Shown piece after piece: positions 9,192 through 18,349 of a stretch of 64,000 bases of DNA. The notes under the pieces were generated by a model. That model was not told the DNA's origin. It was given only the letters and a program-made list of their open reading frames with translations, and ran no database searches. The first letter of the stretch is position 1; each line of letters begins with the position of its first letter. A program made the translations under genes and the position numbers. The DNA comes from Candidatus Binatia bacterium (GTDB taxonomy: Bacteria > Desulfobacterota > Binatia > UBA9968 > JAJDTQ01): the NCBI GenBank assembly GCA_963666515.2, contig OY762897.2, forward strand, positions 2,432,001-2,496,000, written 5' to 3'.

Positions 9192-9919
9192 GCGCCGTGC
9201 GCCAGCACATGGAGAAGATCGCCGTCGACCGCGGCATGCAAGTGTCCGCCGTGGTGGCGGAGCCCGCGGAATACCGGGCCGGCGAAACCGACGTCATCGT
9301 CCTCGCCCACGGCGCCGGCACGGACATGCACCACCCGTTCATGACCTTCTTCCACGAGTCGCTGGCCCGCGCGGGCTGGCTCTCGGTGAAGTTCAACTTC
9401 CCCTACAAGGAACTGGGCCGTAAGGCCCCGGACCCCGCCGCGCGGCTGGAGGACGCCTACGAGCGCGTGCTGAAGCACGTGCGCGCGACCCTGCGCCCGG
9501 CGCCGGGGCGGCTCTTCATCGGCGGCAAGTCCATGGGCGGCCGCATCGCCGCCAACGTCGCCGCCAGGGACGCCGACACAGGGCTGCACGGCCTCGCGGG
9601 CCTCGTCTTCCTCGGCTACCCGCTCCACGCCCCCAAACGCCACGACCGGCTCCGGGCCGACAACTTGATGAACATCACCGCCCCCATGCTGTTCGTGGAA
9701 GGCACCAACGACCCCTTCTGCCGCCTCGACCTGCTGGACGAGGTGCTGGAGCGGGTGCAGGCGCGGACCCGGACCCACATCATCGAGGGCGGCAACCACG
9801 ACTTCCGCGTCCCCAAGCGGCTGGGCCGCGAGGCCGAAGATGTCTGGCGGGAAGTGGTGGAAGCCATCTGCAGGTGGCGCCCCTTGGCATCCGGCAGAAA
9901 CGCGGAGGGCCCGTCATGA
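9188..9919 (+). CDS. alpha/beta hydrolase (KANSL3/Tex30-like)
   Basis: LAHGAG, GGKSMGGR nucleophile elbow, GYPLH, GTNDPF, GGNH; GTGA overlap with panE. Confidence 0.88.
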   Translation: MSAVRQHMEKIAVDRGMQVSAVVAEPAEYRAGETDVIVLAHGAGTDMHHPFMTFFHESLARAGWLSVKFNFPYKELGRKAPDPAARLEDAYERVLKHVRATLRPAPGRLFIGGKSMGGRIAANVAARDADTGLHGLAGLVFLGYPLHAPKRHDRLRADNLMNITAPMLFVEGTNDPFCRLDLLDEVLERVQARTRTHIIEGGNHDFRVPKRLGREAEDVWREVVEAICRWRPLASGRNAEGPS

Positions 9920-10072
9920 GCCCCACATGAGCCCTGCCGACGATCTCATCCGAAGCCGTTGAGGGGCCGCAAGTTTTTGAAATATATGTCGAAGTCACAG
10001 CTTGCTTGACACAGGTTTCAAATCGGCTACATGTAGAGACCATACCCGGACGGAGATCGAAAGGAGGCGACG

Positions 10073-11128
10073 ATGTCCTCTAGGCCGCAGCTTCAATGCG
10101 AAGACAACTTGCAGTTCATGAGGCGGCTGCCGGAGGGAAGGTTCAAGCTTATCGTTACGTCGCCGCCCTACAACTTGGGAAAGTCCTATGAGAGCAAGGC
10201 TTCCGTGGATTCGTACCTCTCGCATCAAAGGCAGGTCATCGGCGAGTGCGTACGACTGCTGCATTCGCAAGGCTCCATCTGCTGGCAGGTCGGCAACTAC
10301 GTAGAGAACGGGGAAATCATCCCGCTTGACGCGCTTCTCTATCCGATCTTTCGTTCGCACGGCTTGAAACTCCGTAACCGCATCGTCTGGCACTTCGGCC
10401 ACGGCTTGCACTGCACAAGGCGACTCTCGGGTCGCTACGAGACGATCAACTGGTGGACGAAGGGAGACGATTACACGTGGCACCTGGACCCGATCCGAGT
10501 CCCTGCGAAGTACCCCGGCAAGCGGCACTTCAAGGGGCCGAACGCGGGCAAGCTGTCGGGCAATCCTTTGGGGAAGAACCCAAGCGATGTGTGGACGTTT
10601 CCCAACGTCAAGAACAACCACCCCGAGAAGACGATCCATCCGTGCCAATTTCCCGTAGAGCTTGTGGAACGGCTGGTGCTATCCATGACGGATGAAGGCG
10701 ATTGGGTTCTGGATCCGTACATGGGCGTTGGGTCGTCGATCGTGGCGGCCTTGATGCACGGCAGGGAAGCTTACGGCTGCGACATCCTTGACGACTACGT
10801 CCGAATCGCCCAGGAACGGGTCGCCGCGCTGAAAGCTGGGACCCTTCGCACCCGGGAGATGGGGAAACCCATTTACGACCCGGCTTTACCTAACGGTGGG
10901 CATGATGCGAATCGGCGCACGCTTCTCACACCTCAACGGAGAGGAATACCTGCTCGTTCATCGTCCCGAGCTGTGGCAGGAGGTGCTGGACGTAATAGCG
11001 GAGGTGGACGCGGAAGCCTGCAAGAACAAGGTGTCCCGCGAGAAGACGATGCCAGGCAGGCTACTCTATTCCCCTGTGGACCTGAACACGGCGTTCAAGG
11101 ACGGCTTGACGGTCAGAGGGTGGAGTGA
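10073..11128 (+). CDS. site-specific DNA methyltransferase (N4-cytosine/N6, beta class), partner of the BglII-like REase
   Basis: Motif IV TSPPYN, HPCQFP, motif I DPYMGVGS. The conserved part appears to end near 10903, but the frame runs on into the REase gene. Confidence 0.93.
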   Translation: MSSRPQLQCEDNLQFMRRLPEGRFKLIVTSPPYNLGKSYESKASVDSYLSHQRQVIGECVRLLHSQGSICWQVGNYVENGEIIPLDALLYPIFRSHGLKLRNRIVWHFGHGLHCTRRLSGRYETINWWTKGDDYTWHLDPIRVPAKYPGKRHFKGPNAGKLSGNPLGKNPSDVWTFPNVKNNHPEKTIHPCQFPVELVERLVLSMTDEGDWVLDPYMGVGSSIVAALMHGREAYGCDILDDYVRIAQERVAALKAGTLRTREMGKPIYDPALPNGGHDANRRTLLTPQRRGIPARSSSRAVAGGAGRNSGGGRGSLQEQGVPREDDARQATLFPCGPEHGVQGRLDGQRVE

Positions 11129-11516
11129 GAGACGCAGCACCTTCTGGGTCACAAGCGACGAAAAATTGTTGCGCAGGCTTCACGGCTTACCTGAAGATGA
11201 GCAGAGGAAGATCATCGAAGACGCTGGACAGACGCCGATCATGTCGTACAACCAAACGGACTTCGTCAAGGAACGGATCGCGGTTGAAGTCCAGTTCGGC
11301 AAATACTCGTTCGTGGCCCACGACCTGTTCGTCAAGCATCTGAGCTTCTTCGTGGCCGACATCATCGACGTAGGAGTCGAGATACTGCCCATGAAAGAAC
11401 TCGAGAAAGAAATGTCAAGCGGCGTCCCGTACTACGAGCGGGACCTGCTCAACGTAATCCGGCAGGGGCGCGGCGTCCCTGCCGTGCCGCTAGTTCTTGT
11501 CGGAGTCCTCCCGTAG
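10902..11516 (+). CDS. BglII/BstYI family type II restriction endonuclease
   Basis: QTDFVKERIAVEVQFGKY (D...ExQ active site typical of BglII/BstYI), DVGVEILPMK; adjacent to the MTase. Confidence 0.9.
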   Translation: MMRIGARFSHLNGEEYLLVHRPELWQEVLDVIAEVDAEACKNKVSREKTMPGRLLYSPVDLNTAFKDGLTVRGWSERRSTFWVTSDEKLLRRLHGLPEDEQRKIIEDAGQTPIMSYNQTDFVKERIAVEVQFGKYSFVAHDLFVKHLSFFVADIIDVGVEILPMKELEKEMSSGVPYYERDLLNVIRQGRGVPAVPLVLVGVLP

Positions 11517-11550
11517 GGAGAGGACTGTCCTGGGAAGTCCCAGGTACGGC

Positions 11551-12177
11551 CTACTGCGCGGCCTCCTTCTGGCGGGCCGTGTTGGTGACCACGGGCTCTA
11601 CCGGCACGTCGCCGTGGGGGCCGCGGTTGCCGGTCTTCACGGCGGCGATCTTGTCCACCACGTCCATGCCCTCGACGACGCGGCCGAACACCGCGTAGCC
11701 GAAGTCCCGGCTGCCGTGGTCGAGGAACGCGTTGTCCTTCAAGTTGATGAAGAACTGGGAGGTGGCGCTGTTGATGTCCGAGGTGCGCGCCATGGACAGC
11801 GTGCCCCGGAGGTTCCTGACGCCGTTGTCGGCCTCGTTCTTGATGGGCGCCCGGGTCGGCTTCTGGTTCATGTCCGCGGTGAAGCCGCCGCCCTGGATCA
11901 CGAATCCGGGGATCACCCGATGAAAGATGGTGCCGTCAAAGAATCCGGCATCGACGTAATCGAGAAAGTTCTTCGCCGTGACCGGCGCTTCCTCGGAAAG
12001 AAGCTCGATCGTGATATCGCCCATCGACGTGGAAAAAATCACCACAGGCCTGTCTCCTCCCGCTGCTGTTGGGCCGAACGCCGCAGCGCCCAGCAACAAA
12101 ATGACTGCCGCCACCAGGCACTTGAGTGCCCCGACATGCTGTTTCAAGAAGTACCTCCTGACTATATTTCCATTCAT
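11551..12177 (-). CDS. ppiA: peptidyl-prolyl cis-trans isomerase, cyclophilin type, with signal peptide
   Basis: [39 protein letters not shown]. Confidence 0.95.
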   Translation of the reverse strand: MNGNIVRRYFLKQHVGALKCLVAAVILLLGAAAFGPTAAGGDRPVVIFSTSMGDITIELLSEEAPVTAKNFLDYVDAGFFDGTIFHRVIPGFVIQGGGFTADMNQKPTRAPIKNEADNGVRNLRGTLSMARTSDINSATSQFFINLKDNAFLDHGSRDFGYAVFGRVVEGMDVVDKIAAVKTGNRGPHGDVPVEPVVTNTARQKEAAQ

Positions 12178-12998
12178 GAGTCACCCGCCGCGTCCCGGTC
12201 CGCGGCGATGCGGTCGAGTATCCAGTCCACCACCCGCGGCTTGCCGAGTATGACATCGAAACGGCGGTCGCGAAGTTCCCTGCCTTCCCTCTGGAAGCAC
12301 ACGTAGCGGCCGCCTGCCTCCTCCATCAGCACCTTGCTGGCCATGGTATCCCAGAGCCGAAGGTCGAAGTCCACCATGGCCCCGACCGAACCCTGGAGCG
12401 CCAGCGCGTGGCCGAAGCAGTCGGTGTAGGTGCGCACCGCGGGATGCGTCCGCATCAACGCGTCGAAGACCTCCGTCCGTCCGGCGCTGACGAACTGCTG
12501 CCGGTCGCCGATGCCGATGATCTCCTTGTCCAGGGCCTCGTCCTCGCGCAGGTCCTCAAGAGCGAGGACCCTGTCGTTGCAACGGGCGCCGAGACCCCTC
12601 GCCGCGCTGTACGTCCTGTCCAGGCCCGGCAGGTCGATGATCCCCAAGACCGGCTCGTCGCCGTCGAGCAGCGCCAGCAGCGTGCCGTACAGGGGCACTC
12701 CGTGCCGGAAGCTCCTGGTGCCGTCGATGGGATCGACGACCCAGGTGAGCCCGCGGCCGCCTTCGGTGTCGGGCAGCTCCTCGCCGATGACGCGATGGGC
12801 CGGGAAGCGCGCCGACAGCAGCGTCCGCGCCTTCTCCTCCACCGCGATGTCGACGTCGGTGACGAAGGTCCCGTCGGCCTTGGAACGGTGGGTGAAGCCC
12901 GTCTCCAGCGCGGCCTCGATCACGGCCCGGGTCTCCCGGACGATGTCGCAGGCATCGGACAGCATTTCCCGCAGCACCGCCGCCGGCATGCCACTCAC
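12174..12998 (-). CDS. inositol monophosphatase family protein (histidinol-phosphatase HisN-like)
   Basis: [27 protein letters not shown]. Start GTG 12998 or ATG 12989. Confidence 0.85.
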   Translation of the reverse strand: MSGMPAAVLREMLSDACDIVRETRAVIEAALETGFTHRSKADGTFVTDVDIAVEEKARTLLSARFPAHRVIGEELPDTEGGRGLTWVVDPIDGTRSFRHGVPLYGTLLALLDGDEPVLGIIDLPGLDRTYSAARGLGARCNDRVLALEDLREDEALDKEIIGIGDRQQFVSAGRTEVFDALMRTHPAVRTYTDCFGHALALQGSVGAMVDFDLRLWDTMASKVLMEEAGGRYVCFQREGRELRDRRFDVILGKPRVVDWILDRIAADRDAAGDS

Positions 12999-13093
12999 CG
13001 GCCGCTCCTCTCGACGCTCTTGACCGTGGCCTCGCGCACGGCGTTGTCGCTGTCCGTCATGCCGTCTCCAAAGACGGCCTCCTCGGTGCCCAT
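12995..13093 (-). CDS. putative 32-aa leaderless small ORF
   Basis: [32 protein letters not shown]; TATACT 6 nt before the ATG; stop overlaps the next gene's GTG. Confidence 0.35.
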   Translation of the reverse strand: MGTEEAVFGDGMTDSDNAVREATVKSVERSGR

Positions 13094-13234
13094 CGGCGGA
13101 GTATACACGTTGCCTCGAATGCAGGGAAACACGACGGTTTCGGGACGGGCCGCGTCGGGCACGGTGGACGGGCGGCGGCGCCGCTGTTACGGTTACCAAC
13201 GGCAATCCGGGCAGCCGGCCACAGGGAGGCCTCC

Positions 13235-13993
13235 ATGGACCACAAGATATTCGCCATGACCGTCGGCATCGCCGAGAACTGGCGCCCCTCGGGCATCATG
13301 CCGTGCATCCGCAGCGACGCCGAGCGGGACGAGCCGGTGCCCTACATCATCTGGTGCATCGAGACCCCGGACGGCCCGGTGGTGGTGGATACGGCCTACC
13401 ATCCCGACTACGTCGCCGCGGAGTGGGCTCAGGGGAACCAGTTCAGGGAGCCTGCGCAACTGCTGGGGGAACTGGGAATGCGCCCGGAGGACGTGGCCAC
13501 GGTCATCGTCACCCACTTCCACGTGGACCACTTCACCGGCTTTGACTTCTTCCCCAAGGCGAACTTCGTCATCCAGAAAGACGAGTACGAGTTCTGGACC
13601 GGGCCGATGATGCGTTTCGACTATCTGAACAACCTGATCCGGCCCAAGGTGCGGCCGGCGCTGCAGCAACTGGTGGAAGGCGAACGGGTCACCCTGGTGG
13701 AAGGCGACCACGAGCTGGTCCCCGGGGTGGAGCTGCTGAAGGCCGGCGGCCACACCCCCGGGTCCCAGATGGTGGCGGTGGAGACGGCCCGGGGCAAGGC
13801 GGTGCTGTGCGGCGACATCGCCTACACCTACCGGAACCTGCGCGAGCGCATTCCCGTGGGCTGGTACTTCAACCTGCCGGACTCGGTGGTGGCGCTGGAC
13901 CGGGCGCTCGCGACAGCGTCCAGCCCCGATCTGTCGTTCCCCAACCACGACCCCGAGATCATGCAAGGCAAGCGGGTGATCCGGGTGGCTTGA
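13235..13993 (+). CDS. N-acyl homoserine lactonase-family metallo-beta-lactamase-fold hydrolase
   Basis: VVVDTA, THFHVDH (HxHxDH), GGHTPGSQ, CGD, NHD; RBS GGGAGG. Confidence 0.88.
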   Translation: MDHKIFAMTVGIAENWRPSGIMPCIRSDAERDEPVPYIIWCIETPDGPVVVDTAYHPDYVAAEWAQGNQFREPAQLLGELGMRPEDVATVIVTHFHVDHFTGFDFFPKANFVIQKDEYEFWTGPMMRFDYLNNLIRPKVRPALQQLVEGERVTLVEGDHELVPGVELLKAGGHTPGSQMVAVETARGKAVLCGDIAYTYRNLRERIPVGWYFNLPDSVVALDRALATASSPDLSFPNHDPEIMQGKRVIRVA

Positions 13994-14001
13994 GGGAACG
14001 G

Positions 14002-14478
14002 GTGACCGCCTCTATCACGGAGCCCTGCCGAATCGGCGTCATCTCGGACACCCACGGGCTGGTGCGTCCCCAGGCCCTGCAGGCGTTGCGGGGCTCGGAC
14101 CTGATCATCCATGCCGGCGACGTGGGCAAGCCCGAGGTGCTGGAGCAGCTCCTCTCGCTGGCGCCGGTAGCCGCGGTCCGGGGCAACATCGACCGGGGAA
14201 CCTGGGCCGACGACCTGCCGGACGAACGAACCGTCGAGGTGTGCGGCGCCCGTATCCACGTGGTCCACAACCTGGCGACCCTGGCCTCGGAACCGGAAGG
14301 CTGCCGCATGGTGATCAGCGGCCACTCCCACAGGCCGTCCGTCCAGCGGCGCGACGGCATCGTCTACCTGAACCCCGGCAGCGCCGGCCCGCGGCGCTTC
14401 ACGCTGCCGGTGGCGGTGGCGACCGTCCGGTTGAGCAGGCGAAGCCTGCGACCGAAACTGGTGGAGCTGACGGTCTGA
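14002..14478 (+). CDS. metallophosphoesterase (YfcE/MJ0936 family)
   Basis: ISDTHG, HAGD, VRGNID, GHSH, NPGSAG. Confidence 0.92.
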   Translation: MTASITEPCRIGVISDTHGLVRPQALQALRGSDLIIHAGDVGKPEVLEQLLSLAPVAAVRGNIDRGTWADDLPDERTVEVCGARIHVVHNLATLASEPEGCRMVISGHSHRPSVQRRDGIVYLNPGSAGPRRFTLPVAVATVRLSRRSLRPKLVELTV

Positions 14479-14532
14479 CGCGTCCGCCGGCATCGGTTGA
14501 CGGACCCGGCACAGGACGCGGGGAGACGACTC

Positions 14533-15318
14533 ATGGACCTTGAGGACGCGCTGACAACGGCGCGAGAGGCGGCACATCAGGCCGGAGAAAAGCTCCTCTC
14601 TTACTACACGTCGCAATACACCATCCAGCACAAGAGCGGGGGAAACCCTGTCACCACCGCCGACATCGAGGCCAACCACGTGCTGCGGGACGCCCTGCTC
14701 GACGCGTTCCCTGAATCCGGCTGGCTGTCGGAGGAATCATCCGACGACGGCGAACGGCTGCAGCGGGAGTGGGTGTGGATCGTGGACCCGCTGGACGGGA
14801 CCGTGGAGTTCATCAGAGGTATCGATGAGTTCGCCGTGTCCGTGGCGCTGGTGCAGGGCTCGACGCCGGTGGTGGCGGTCACCTACAACCCGGCCACCGG
14901 GTGCATGACCCATTGCCGGCGCGGCTCGGGAACCTTCCGGAACGGGCAGCCGGTGCGCGTGTCGGACCGCGCCGAACTGGACGGCGCCACGGTGGTGGCC
15001 AGCAGGAGCGAGACTCGAAGGGGCCTGTTCGACAGCTTCGAGGACACTCTGGAGATCAAGCCCACCGGCAGCATCGCCCACAAGCTGGCCGAGGTAGCCG
15101 GCGGATGCGCCGACCTGACCGTGAGCCTGGCGCCGAAGAACGAGTGGGACGTGTGCGCGGGGGTGCTGCTGGCGGAGGAAGCGGGCGCCAAGGTCACCGA
15201 CCTGGACGGGCGGCCTTTCGTCTTCAATCAGCCCGACACGCTACGCAACGGCGTCATCGCGGCCAACCCATCGCTCTATCCCGAATTGTTCCGCTTCGTG
15301 GCCGACCGCCGGCGCTAG
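14533..15318 (+). CDS. cysQ: 3'(2'),5'-bisphosphate nucleotidase / inositol monophosphatase
   Basis: NPVTTAD, WLSEE, WIVDPLDGT.EF, SRSE, GSIA, KNEWDVCAG. Confidence 0.85.
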   Translation: MDLEDALTTAREAAHQAGEKLLSYYTSQYTIQHKSGGNPVTTADIEANHVLRDALLDAFPESGWLSEESSDDGERLQREWVWIVDPLDGTVEFIRGIDEFAVSVALVQGSTPVVAVTYNPATGCMTHCRRGSGTFRNGQPVRVSDRAELDGATVVASRSETRRGLFDSFEDTLEIKPTGSIAHKLAEVAGGCADLTVSLAPKNEWDVCAGVLLAEEAGAKVTDLDGRPFVFNQPDTLRNGVIAANPSLYPELFRFVADRRR

Positions 15319-15343
15319 GAGCCTGTCCGAGTAGTCGAATTTC

Positions 15344-15366
15344 AGGGGGCGACCGCGGTTCGCCCT
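15344..15366. terminator. GC hairpin between convergent cysQ and DUF2007 genes
   Basis: GGGCGA-CCGCGGT-TCGCCC inverted repeat; no clear U-tract. Confidence 0.35.
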
Positions 15367-15628
15367 AGCCGTCGCCTTCAGGGTCGCTTTCTTCAGGGTC
15401 GGTGACTTCCCGCAGAAGCTCCAGGGCCTCCTCGGCTTCTTCTTCCGGCACCTGGATCACCGCGGCCACGCCAGCCGAGCCGAAGCCGCCCCACAGCGGC
15501 CCCACCGGCAGCAGCGTCAGCGCCGATTCGCCCTGGACCACGTAGTTGATGCCCGCGCTGTCCAGCACGGACTTGACCACGGCCAGGGTGGAGACGTCCA
15601 CCGTCCGAAACACGTCCACGTAAGTCAC
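15365..15628 (-). CDS. DUF2007 domain-containing protein
   Basis: VVKSVLDSAGINYVVQGE ... IQVPEEEAEEALELL pattern. Confidence 0.8.
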   Translation of the reverse strand: MTYVDVFRTVDVSTLAVVKSVLDSAGINYVVQGESALTLLPVGPLWGGFGSAGVAAVIQVPEEEAEEALELLREVTDPEESDPEGDG

Positions 15629-15641
15629 GGCTTGTCGCCAT

Positions 15642-16391
15642 TCATGGCAGCGGTCCTTCTCCCGACCCGGAAGGGCCGGGGTTCACGGCCGGCCCGGCGA
15701 TGTCGAGCACCAGCTTCGTCACCGCGACGCGCCCGCCCAGGCATACGTCCACGTCCCGGCCCGGCTGTCGCGGGCGCTGGTGGTACACCGCATCGTAGAC
15801 GAACGCGCCCGCTTCCCTCCGATAGGCCACGCCGAAGGGGCTCGTGTCCAGGGCGCAGTAGGCCAGATCGACCGCACCGTCAGTGGGCGGGTGCGGCAGG
15901 TTCACGTTCCAGAACTCGCCGCGGGCCAAGTCGCGGGCGAGAAGCCGCTGGAGCAAGGGTGTCGCCCGGCGATGCACGACTTCCCAGTCCACCGGCTGCC
16001 CCTTGGCCACGTACTGCGAGATGGCGAGGGAGCGGCAGCCCAGCAGCGCGGCCTCGCGGGCCGCGGCCACCGTGCCCGAAGTGTAGATGTCGGCGCCGAG
16101 GTTCGCTCCCCGGTTGACACCCGACAGCACCCAGGAGGCATCCGGGGCGATCTCGGTGAGGCCGATGCGGACGCAGTCCGCGGGGCTCGCCTGGACGCTG
16201 TACCATCCGCCGTCGGTGCGCTCCACGGGGATGGGCCGGTCCGTGGTCAACTTGTGGCCGACGCCGGACTGGACCTCCGCCGGCGCCACGACGATGACGT
16301 CGCCCAGGCCGCGCGCGGCCCGCTCCAGCACCTCCAGGCCCGGCGCGTCGATGCCGTCGTCGTTGGTGAGCAACAGTTTCACGTGGGTCAC
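15642..16391 (-). CDS. surE: 5'/3'-nucleotidase SurE
   Basis: LLTNDDGIDAPG, VVAP..QSG, SPADC, SGVNRGAN, YTSGTVAAARE. Confidence 0.95.
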   Translation of the reverse strand: MTHVKLLLTNDDGIDAPGLEVLERAARGLGDVIVVAPAEVQSGVGHKLTTDRPIPVERTDGGWYSVQASPADCVRIGLTEIAPDASWVLSGVNRGANLGADIYTSGTVAAAREAALLGCRSLAISQYVAKGQPVDWEVVHRRATPLLQRLLARDLARGEFWNVNLPHPPTDGAVDLAYCALDTSPFGVAYRREAGAFVYDAVYHQRPRQPGRDVDVCLGGRVAVTKLVLDIAGPAVNPGPSGSGEGPLP

Positions 16392-16395
16392 ATCG

Positions 16396-16448
16396 ATTCC
16401 GTCACCCCGGACCCGTATTCCGTCACCCCGGACTTGATCCGGGGTCCA
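16396..16448. repeat. REP-like element family B (CGTCACCCCGGACTTGATCCGGGGTCCA) with an upstream partial tandem duplication
   Basis: Full unit at 16421-16448 is identical to 52197-52224; ATTCCGTCACCCCGGAC occurs at both 16396 and 16417. Confidence 0.8.
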
Positions 16449-16474
16449 GGGATTGAGACAGAAATCTTCACCGC

Positions 16475-18175
16475 CTACATCCGCTCCAGGGGCCGGATGC
16501 CGAGGATGTTGAGGCCGCTCCGCAGCACCTGCTTCACCGCGGTGAAGAGCAGCAGCCGAGCCTGCGCCTTTCCGGTTTCCTCGCCCTTGACCCGCAGCAC
16601 CGCGTAGCTGGCGTGCAGGCCCCGGGCCAGCTCCAGCAGGTAGTTGGCCAGCACCGAGGGCTCATAGACCCGCCCCGCCTCGCGCAGGACGTCGGGGTAG
16701 CGGGCCACCAGGCTCACCAGCCGGTGGGCCTCGGGCTCCACCAGCGGACTCACGTCGGCGTTCGGGTCGGGTTCGAGCCCGCAGTTGCGCAGGATGCCGG
16801 CGATGCGGGCGTGGGCGCTCATGAGGTAGGGGCCGGTGTCGCCGTCGAAGGAGATGGCCAGATTCCAGTCGAAGCGGTAGTCCTTGATGCGCTGCTTGGA
16901 CAGGTCGGCGAAGAAGATCGCGGCGATGCCCACGGCCTCGGCCACGTTCTCCTCGTCCTCCAGCTCCAGCCGCTTCTCGATCTCGCCGCGCATGTAGGCC
17001 AGCGCCCGCTCCCGCGCCTCGTCCAGCAACTCCTCCAGGTAGATGACGTTGCCCTTGCGGGTGGACATGCCCTGGACCAGGCCGAAGTTCACGTGGACGC
17101 AATCGTCGGCCCACGGGTGCCCGAGCAGCTTCAGCACCGTGAAGAGCTGCCGGAAATGCAGCGACTGGCCGCTGGCCACCACGTAGACGATGCGGTCGCA
17201 GCCATAGGTGTCGTGGCGATACCGGGCCGCGGCCACGTCCCGGGTGAGATAGAGCGTGGTGCCGTCGGCCTTCTCCAGCAGCGCCGGCGTGTCGATGCCC
17301 TCCGCCGAGAGGTCCACGATGAGAGCGCCGTCGGAAACCGCAGCCAAGCCCTTGGCCCGGGCTTCCTCGATGACGGCGTCCATCTTGTCGTTGAAGAACG
17401 ACTCGCCCGTGTAGGAGTCGAAGCGCGCGCCGAGCCGGTCGTAGATCCCCTTGAAGTAGTCGAGGCTGGTGTCGCGGATGCTGCGCCAGAGCGCCAGCGC
17501 CTCCTCGTCCCCGGCCTCCTGGCGGCGGAACCACTCCCGCGCCTCCTCCACCAGCTCCGGGTCGCCGTCCGCCTCCTCGTGGAACTTGACGTACAGGCGG
17601 TTGAGGCTCATCAGGTCGTTCTCGTCGCCGGGCTTGCCGAACCGTTTGAGCCCCGCGATCTGCCGGCCGAACTGGGTGCCCCAGTCGCCCACGTGGTTGA
17701 TGCCGATGACCTCGTAGCCCAGCGCCTCGAAGATCCGCACCAGCGCGCCGCCGATGATGGTGGAGCGCAGATGGCCGACGTGGAAGGGCTTGGCGATGTT
17801 CGGGGAAGAGTAGTCGATGGCGACGGTCTGGCCAGCGCCGTCCGTGCAGCGGCCGTACGCTTCGCCCGCCGTCGCCGCCTCGCGCAGCACCGCTTCGGCA
17901 AAGCGGGTACGGTCCACCGACAGGTTGACGTAGCCGCCCAGGGCCTGGGCGCCGCTGAGCAGCTCCAGGTCTCCGGCGGCCTTGTCCGCGATCTCCTGCG
18001 CGATGAGCGGCGGGGCCTTGCGGAGCTTCTTGGCGAGGGTGAAGCACGGGAAGGCGAAGTCGCCCATGTCCGGCTTGGGCGGCACCGTCAGCATGCGCTC
18101 CACCGCGTCGGGCTCCAACTCCGCGTGTTTGGCGATGACCTGGGCTGCCTCGCCGCGGAAATCCTCCACGTTCAT
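16475..18175 (-). CDS. argS: arginine--tRNA ligase
   Basis: DYSSPNIAKPFHVGHLRSTIIG (HIGH), NHVGDWGTQFG, MSTRKG, GDTGPY. Confidence 0.97.
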   Translation of the reverse strand: MNVEDFRGEAAQVIAKHAELEPDAVERMLTVPPKPDMGDFAFPCFTLAKKLRKAPPLIAQEIADKAAGDLELLSGAQALGGYVNLSVDRTRFAEAVLREAATAGEAYGRCTDGAGQTVAIDYSSPNIAKPFHVGHLRSTIIGGALVRIFEALGYEVIGINHVGDWGTQFGRQIAGLKRFGKPGDENDLMSLNRLYVKFHEEADGDPELVEEAREWFRRQEAGDEEALALWRSIRDTSLDYFKGIYDRLGARFDSYTGESFFNDKMDAVIEEARAKGLAAVSDGALIVDLSAEGIDTPALLEKADGTTLYLTRDVAAARYRHDTYGCDRIVYVVASGQSLHFRQLFTVLKLLGHPWADDCVHVNFGLVQGMSTRKGNVIYLEELLDEARERALAYMRGEIEKRLELEDEENVAEAVGIAAIFFADLSKQRIKDYRFDWNLAISFDGDTGPYLMSAHARIAGILRNCGLEPDPNADVSPLVEPEAHRLVSLVARYPDVLREAGRVYEPSVLANYLLELARGLHASYAVLRVKGEETGKAQARLLLFTAVKQVLRSGLNILGIRPLERM

Positions 18176-18258
18176 GGTGCAGCCCGTCCCGTGCTTTCCG
18201 TCGAGGTCATCTCACCGAGTTTAACACAAAGCCCGTTACCTGAGCAGGGAAGGACGAA

Positions 18259-18339
18259 TGGATTCCGGCTTTCGCCGGAATGACGATACCAATGTCGGTT
18301 CCATGCCTGTAGACACAGGGAGTTTGCGCTGGAATGACG
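18259..18339. repeat. REP-like element family A (TGGATTCCGGCTTTCGCCGGAATGACG) plus a degenerate second copy
   Basis: Exact unit at 18259-18285; degenerate copy ending GGAATGACG at 18339. Confidence 0.8.
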
Positions 18340-18349
18340 ATATGGAGCG

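Noticed and set aside
9915-9934. CATGAGCCC direct repeat at the left edge of the R-M islet
   Set aside because: Only 9 nt, both copies on the same side, no match at the right edge; not a target-site duplication.
15315-15333. CTAGGAGCCTGTCCGAGTA, reminiscent of an IS/MITE end
   Set aside because: Single occurrence with no partner inverted end or transposase in the window.
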